Below are positions 31,016-32,455 of a stretch of 32,455 nt of DNA, piece after piece. The stretch is from Octopus bimaculoides (Eukaryota): NCBI RefSeq assembly GCF_001194135.2, contig NC_069002.1, positions 5,679,373 to 5,711,827 of the forward strand. Direction: 5' to 3'. The position numbers and the translations under genes were made by a program. Position 1 is the stretch's first letter. Each line of letters opens with the position of its first letter. The notes below the pieces were generated by a model that had not been told where the DNA came from, made no database searches, and was given only the letters and a program-made list of their open reading frames with translations.

Positions 31016-31751
31016 NNNNNNNNNNNNNNNNNNNNNNNNNNNNNNNNNNNNNNNNNNNNNNNNNNNNNNNNNNNNNNNNNNNNNNNNNNNNNNNNNNNNN
31101 NNNNNNNNNNNNNNNNNNNNNNNNNNNNNNNNNNNNNNNNNNNNNNNNNNNNNNNNNNNNNNNNNNNNNNNNNNNNNNNNNNNNNNNNNNNNNNNNNNNN
31201 NNNNNNNNNNNNNNNNNNNNNNNNNNNNNNNNNNNNNNNNNNNNNNNNNNNNNNNNNNNNNNNNNNNNNNNNNNNNNNNNNNNNNNNNNNNNNNNNNNNN
31301 NNNNNNNNNNNNNNNNNNNNNNNNNNNNNNNNNNNNNNNNNNNNNNNNNNNNNNNNNNNNNNNNNNNNNNNNNNNNNNNNNNNNNNNNNNNNNNNNNNNN
31401 NNNNNNNNNNNNNNNATATATATATATATATATATATACACAGATACTCATATACATATATATTTATACTTATATATACACACACACATATATATTGATG
31501 GGTATGGATAGATAGATAGCCATATACATACATATGTATGCATGCAAGTATGTTTGTATGTACGCATGTATGAATGCGTATATATACATATATATATATA
31601 TTATTGTATCATGGGTGTTGCCTGCATAGAAACGCATCGACAGACGTAAACCATTCCAGCTGTACAACAATACGAAAACTAATCGAGAGATCTGACATAT
31701 GAATAAAACGTATCGCGAATTATATCGAGATTGTTTCGCACCAGACATAGG

Positions 31752-31845
31752 CTACTACTACGACTACTTCTACTATTGTTACTGCTGCTGATGATGATGA
31801 GGATATCGCTGATGATGATGATGAGGATATTGCTGCTGCTGCCGC
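31752..31845. repeat. (CTA)/(CTG)/(GAT) trinucleotide tract with internal duplication
   Basis: gatgatgatgaggatat(c/t)gctg occurs twice; source of the poly-L/M ORF 31731-31994. Confidence 0.88.
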
Positions 31846-32019
31846 TGTTTTTTCTTTGCTTCAATCCAAAGAATATTGATAGCATCGCCCTCGACTGGAA
31901 ACAGACGTCATTTTCAGGTCACGAACTTGAACATAAAGGGCGCCACTCCACTGAGACTTATTCAAGGCTTTTATTGCGATATTGCTCCAGCTGACGGATG
32001 ACCAAGTCCCCCACCGACA

Positions 32020-32152
32020 ATGCCACCCAAAATATCCGGAATTATCGACAGACTTTCACGCAATTTTCAACTAAAGAACATTCTATTTAGAAGTCGGCGA
32101 TCCGGTGCTATTATCTTTTATCTGGTGCTATTATTTATCAACGGCGTGTTAG
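32020..32152 (+). CDS. Candidate first coding exon encoding a signal peptide or signal anchor; gene would continue beyond the window
   Basis: ATG 32020 in acaATG context with an in-frame TGA upstream (31999-32001). Reads MPPKISGIIDRLSRNFQLKNILFRSRRSGAIIFYLVLLFINGVL+G, ending at phase-1 donor AG|GTAACA (GT 32153-32154). Possible acceptor ttttcag|g at 31911-31917. No homology recognised. Confidence 0.38.
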
Positions 32153-32329
32153 GTAACAGGACGATTATGTAACCCTGCGCTCTTCAGAGATAGCAGTTAT
32201 GGAATTAAATATGGCGACTGCCATAAGCCCCCACACATATTGTACCCCTACACGCATTGCATTCATACATGAATGCCACAAGAATTTAACCAGTGCATTT
32301 TTTCTTCACTTGTGGAGTCTTAGACGACT

Positions 32330-32455
32330 TACACACACACATACACACACACACACACACACATATACATATCTATATACACAAATCTGTATATACATAC
32401 ATCTATATACTTATATATATCTATATACATACATATATATACTTATATATATATA
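32330..32455. repeat. (CA)/(TA)/(TACA) microsatellite
   Basis: Visible. Confidence 0.93.

Larger units (their letters stand above)
1153..31415. other. Assembly gaps (14 N-runs)
   Basis: N runs at 1153-1225, 3331-3358, 7524-7623, 8194-8203, 9699-10038, 11574-11704, 13302-13893, 15275-15518, 16605-17161, 18267-18909, 20022-20666, 23381-23682, 26394-27157, 31016-31415. Most are flanked by simple repeats. Confidence 0.99.

Noticed and set aside
32259-32276. gcattcat-ac-atgaatgc palindrome as a structured RNA
   Set aside because: Isolated 8-bp AT-rich stem with a 2-nt loop; too short to support a call.
1-32455. Most of the ORFs in the six-frame track ([16 protein letters not shown], poly-M/V/L/S, X-filled)
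   Set aside because: They are stop-free translations of microsatellites or read-through of N gaps and have no protein-like composition.

Overview
Eukaryotic, AT-rich, largely non-coding window (intron or intergenic) from a fragmented assembly: 14 N-gaps total about 4.8 kb, most abutting microsatellites. The microsatellite load and SINE families resemble cephalopod (octopus) DNA; this is inference from recalled repeat sequences, not a database result. Almost every ORF in the track is a microsatellite or N read-through artefact. Real content: (i) about 13 tRNA-derived SINE copies or fragments of at least three families, including one full-length copy at 6556-6935 and a four-copy cluster at 12521-13301; (ii) four protein-coding transposon fossils visible only by reading across stops and frameshifts: a Tc1/mariner-like transposase N-terminus (2171-2435), a gag/ORF1-like zinc knuckle (about 3640-3760), a Penelope-like reverse transcriptase with intact GLYRDDGL (10080-10572, minus) and a Chapaev-type transposase with an internal 30-bp triplication (27562-28236); (iii) a decayed minimal hammerhead-ribozyme core (30165-30193); (iv) unconfirmed candidate host exons, the best being a signal-peptide-like first coding exon (32020-32152) and a 96-nt TM-like exon (487-582); (v) CTCF-, YY1-, CRE- and SIX-like motifs and cryptic tandem repeats. 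No complete host gene, rRNA, functional tRNA or CRISPR array is supported, and no novel multi-gene system can be claimed from this window alone.
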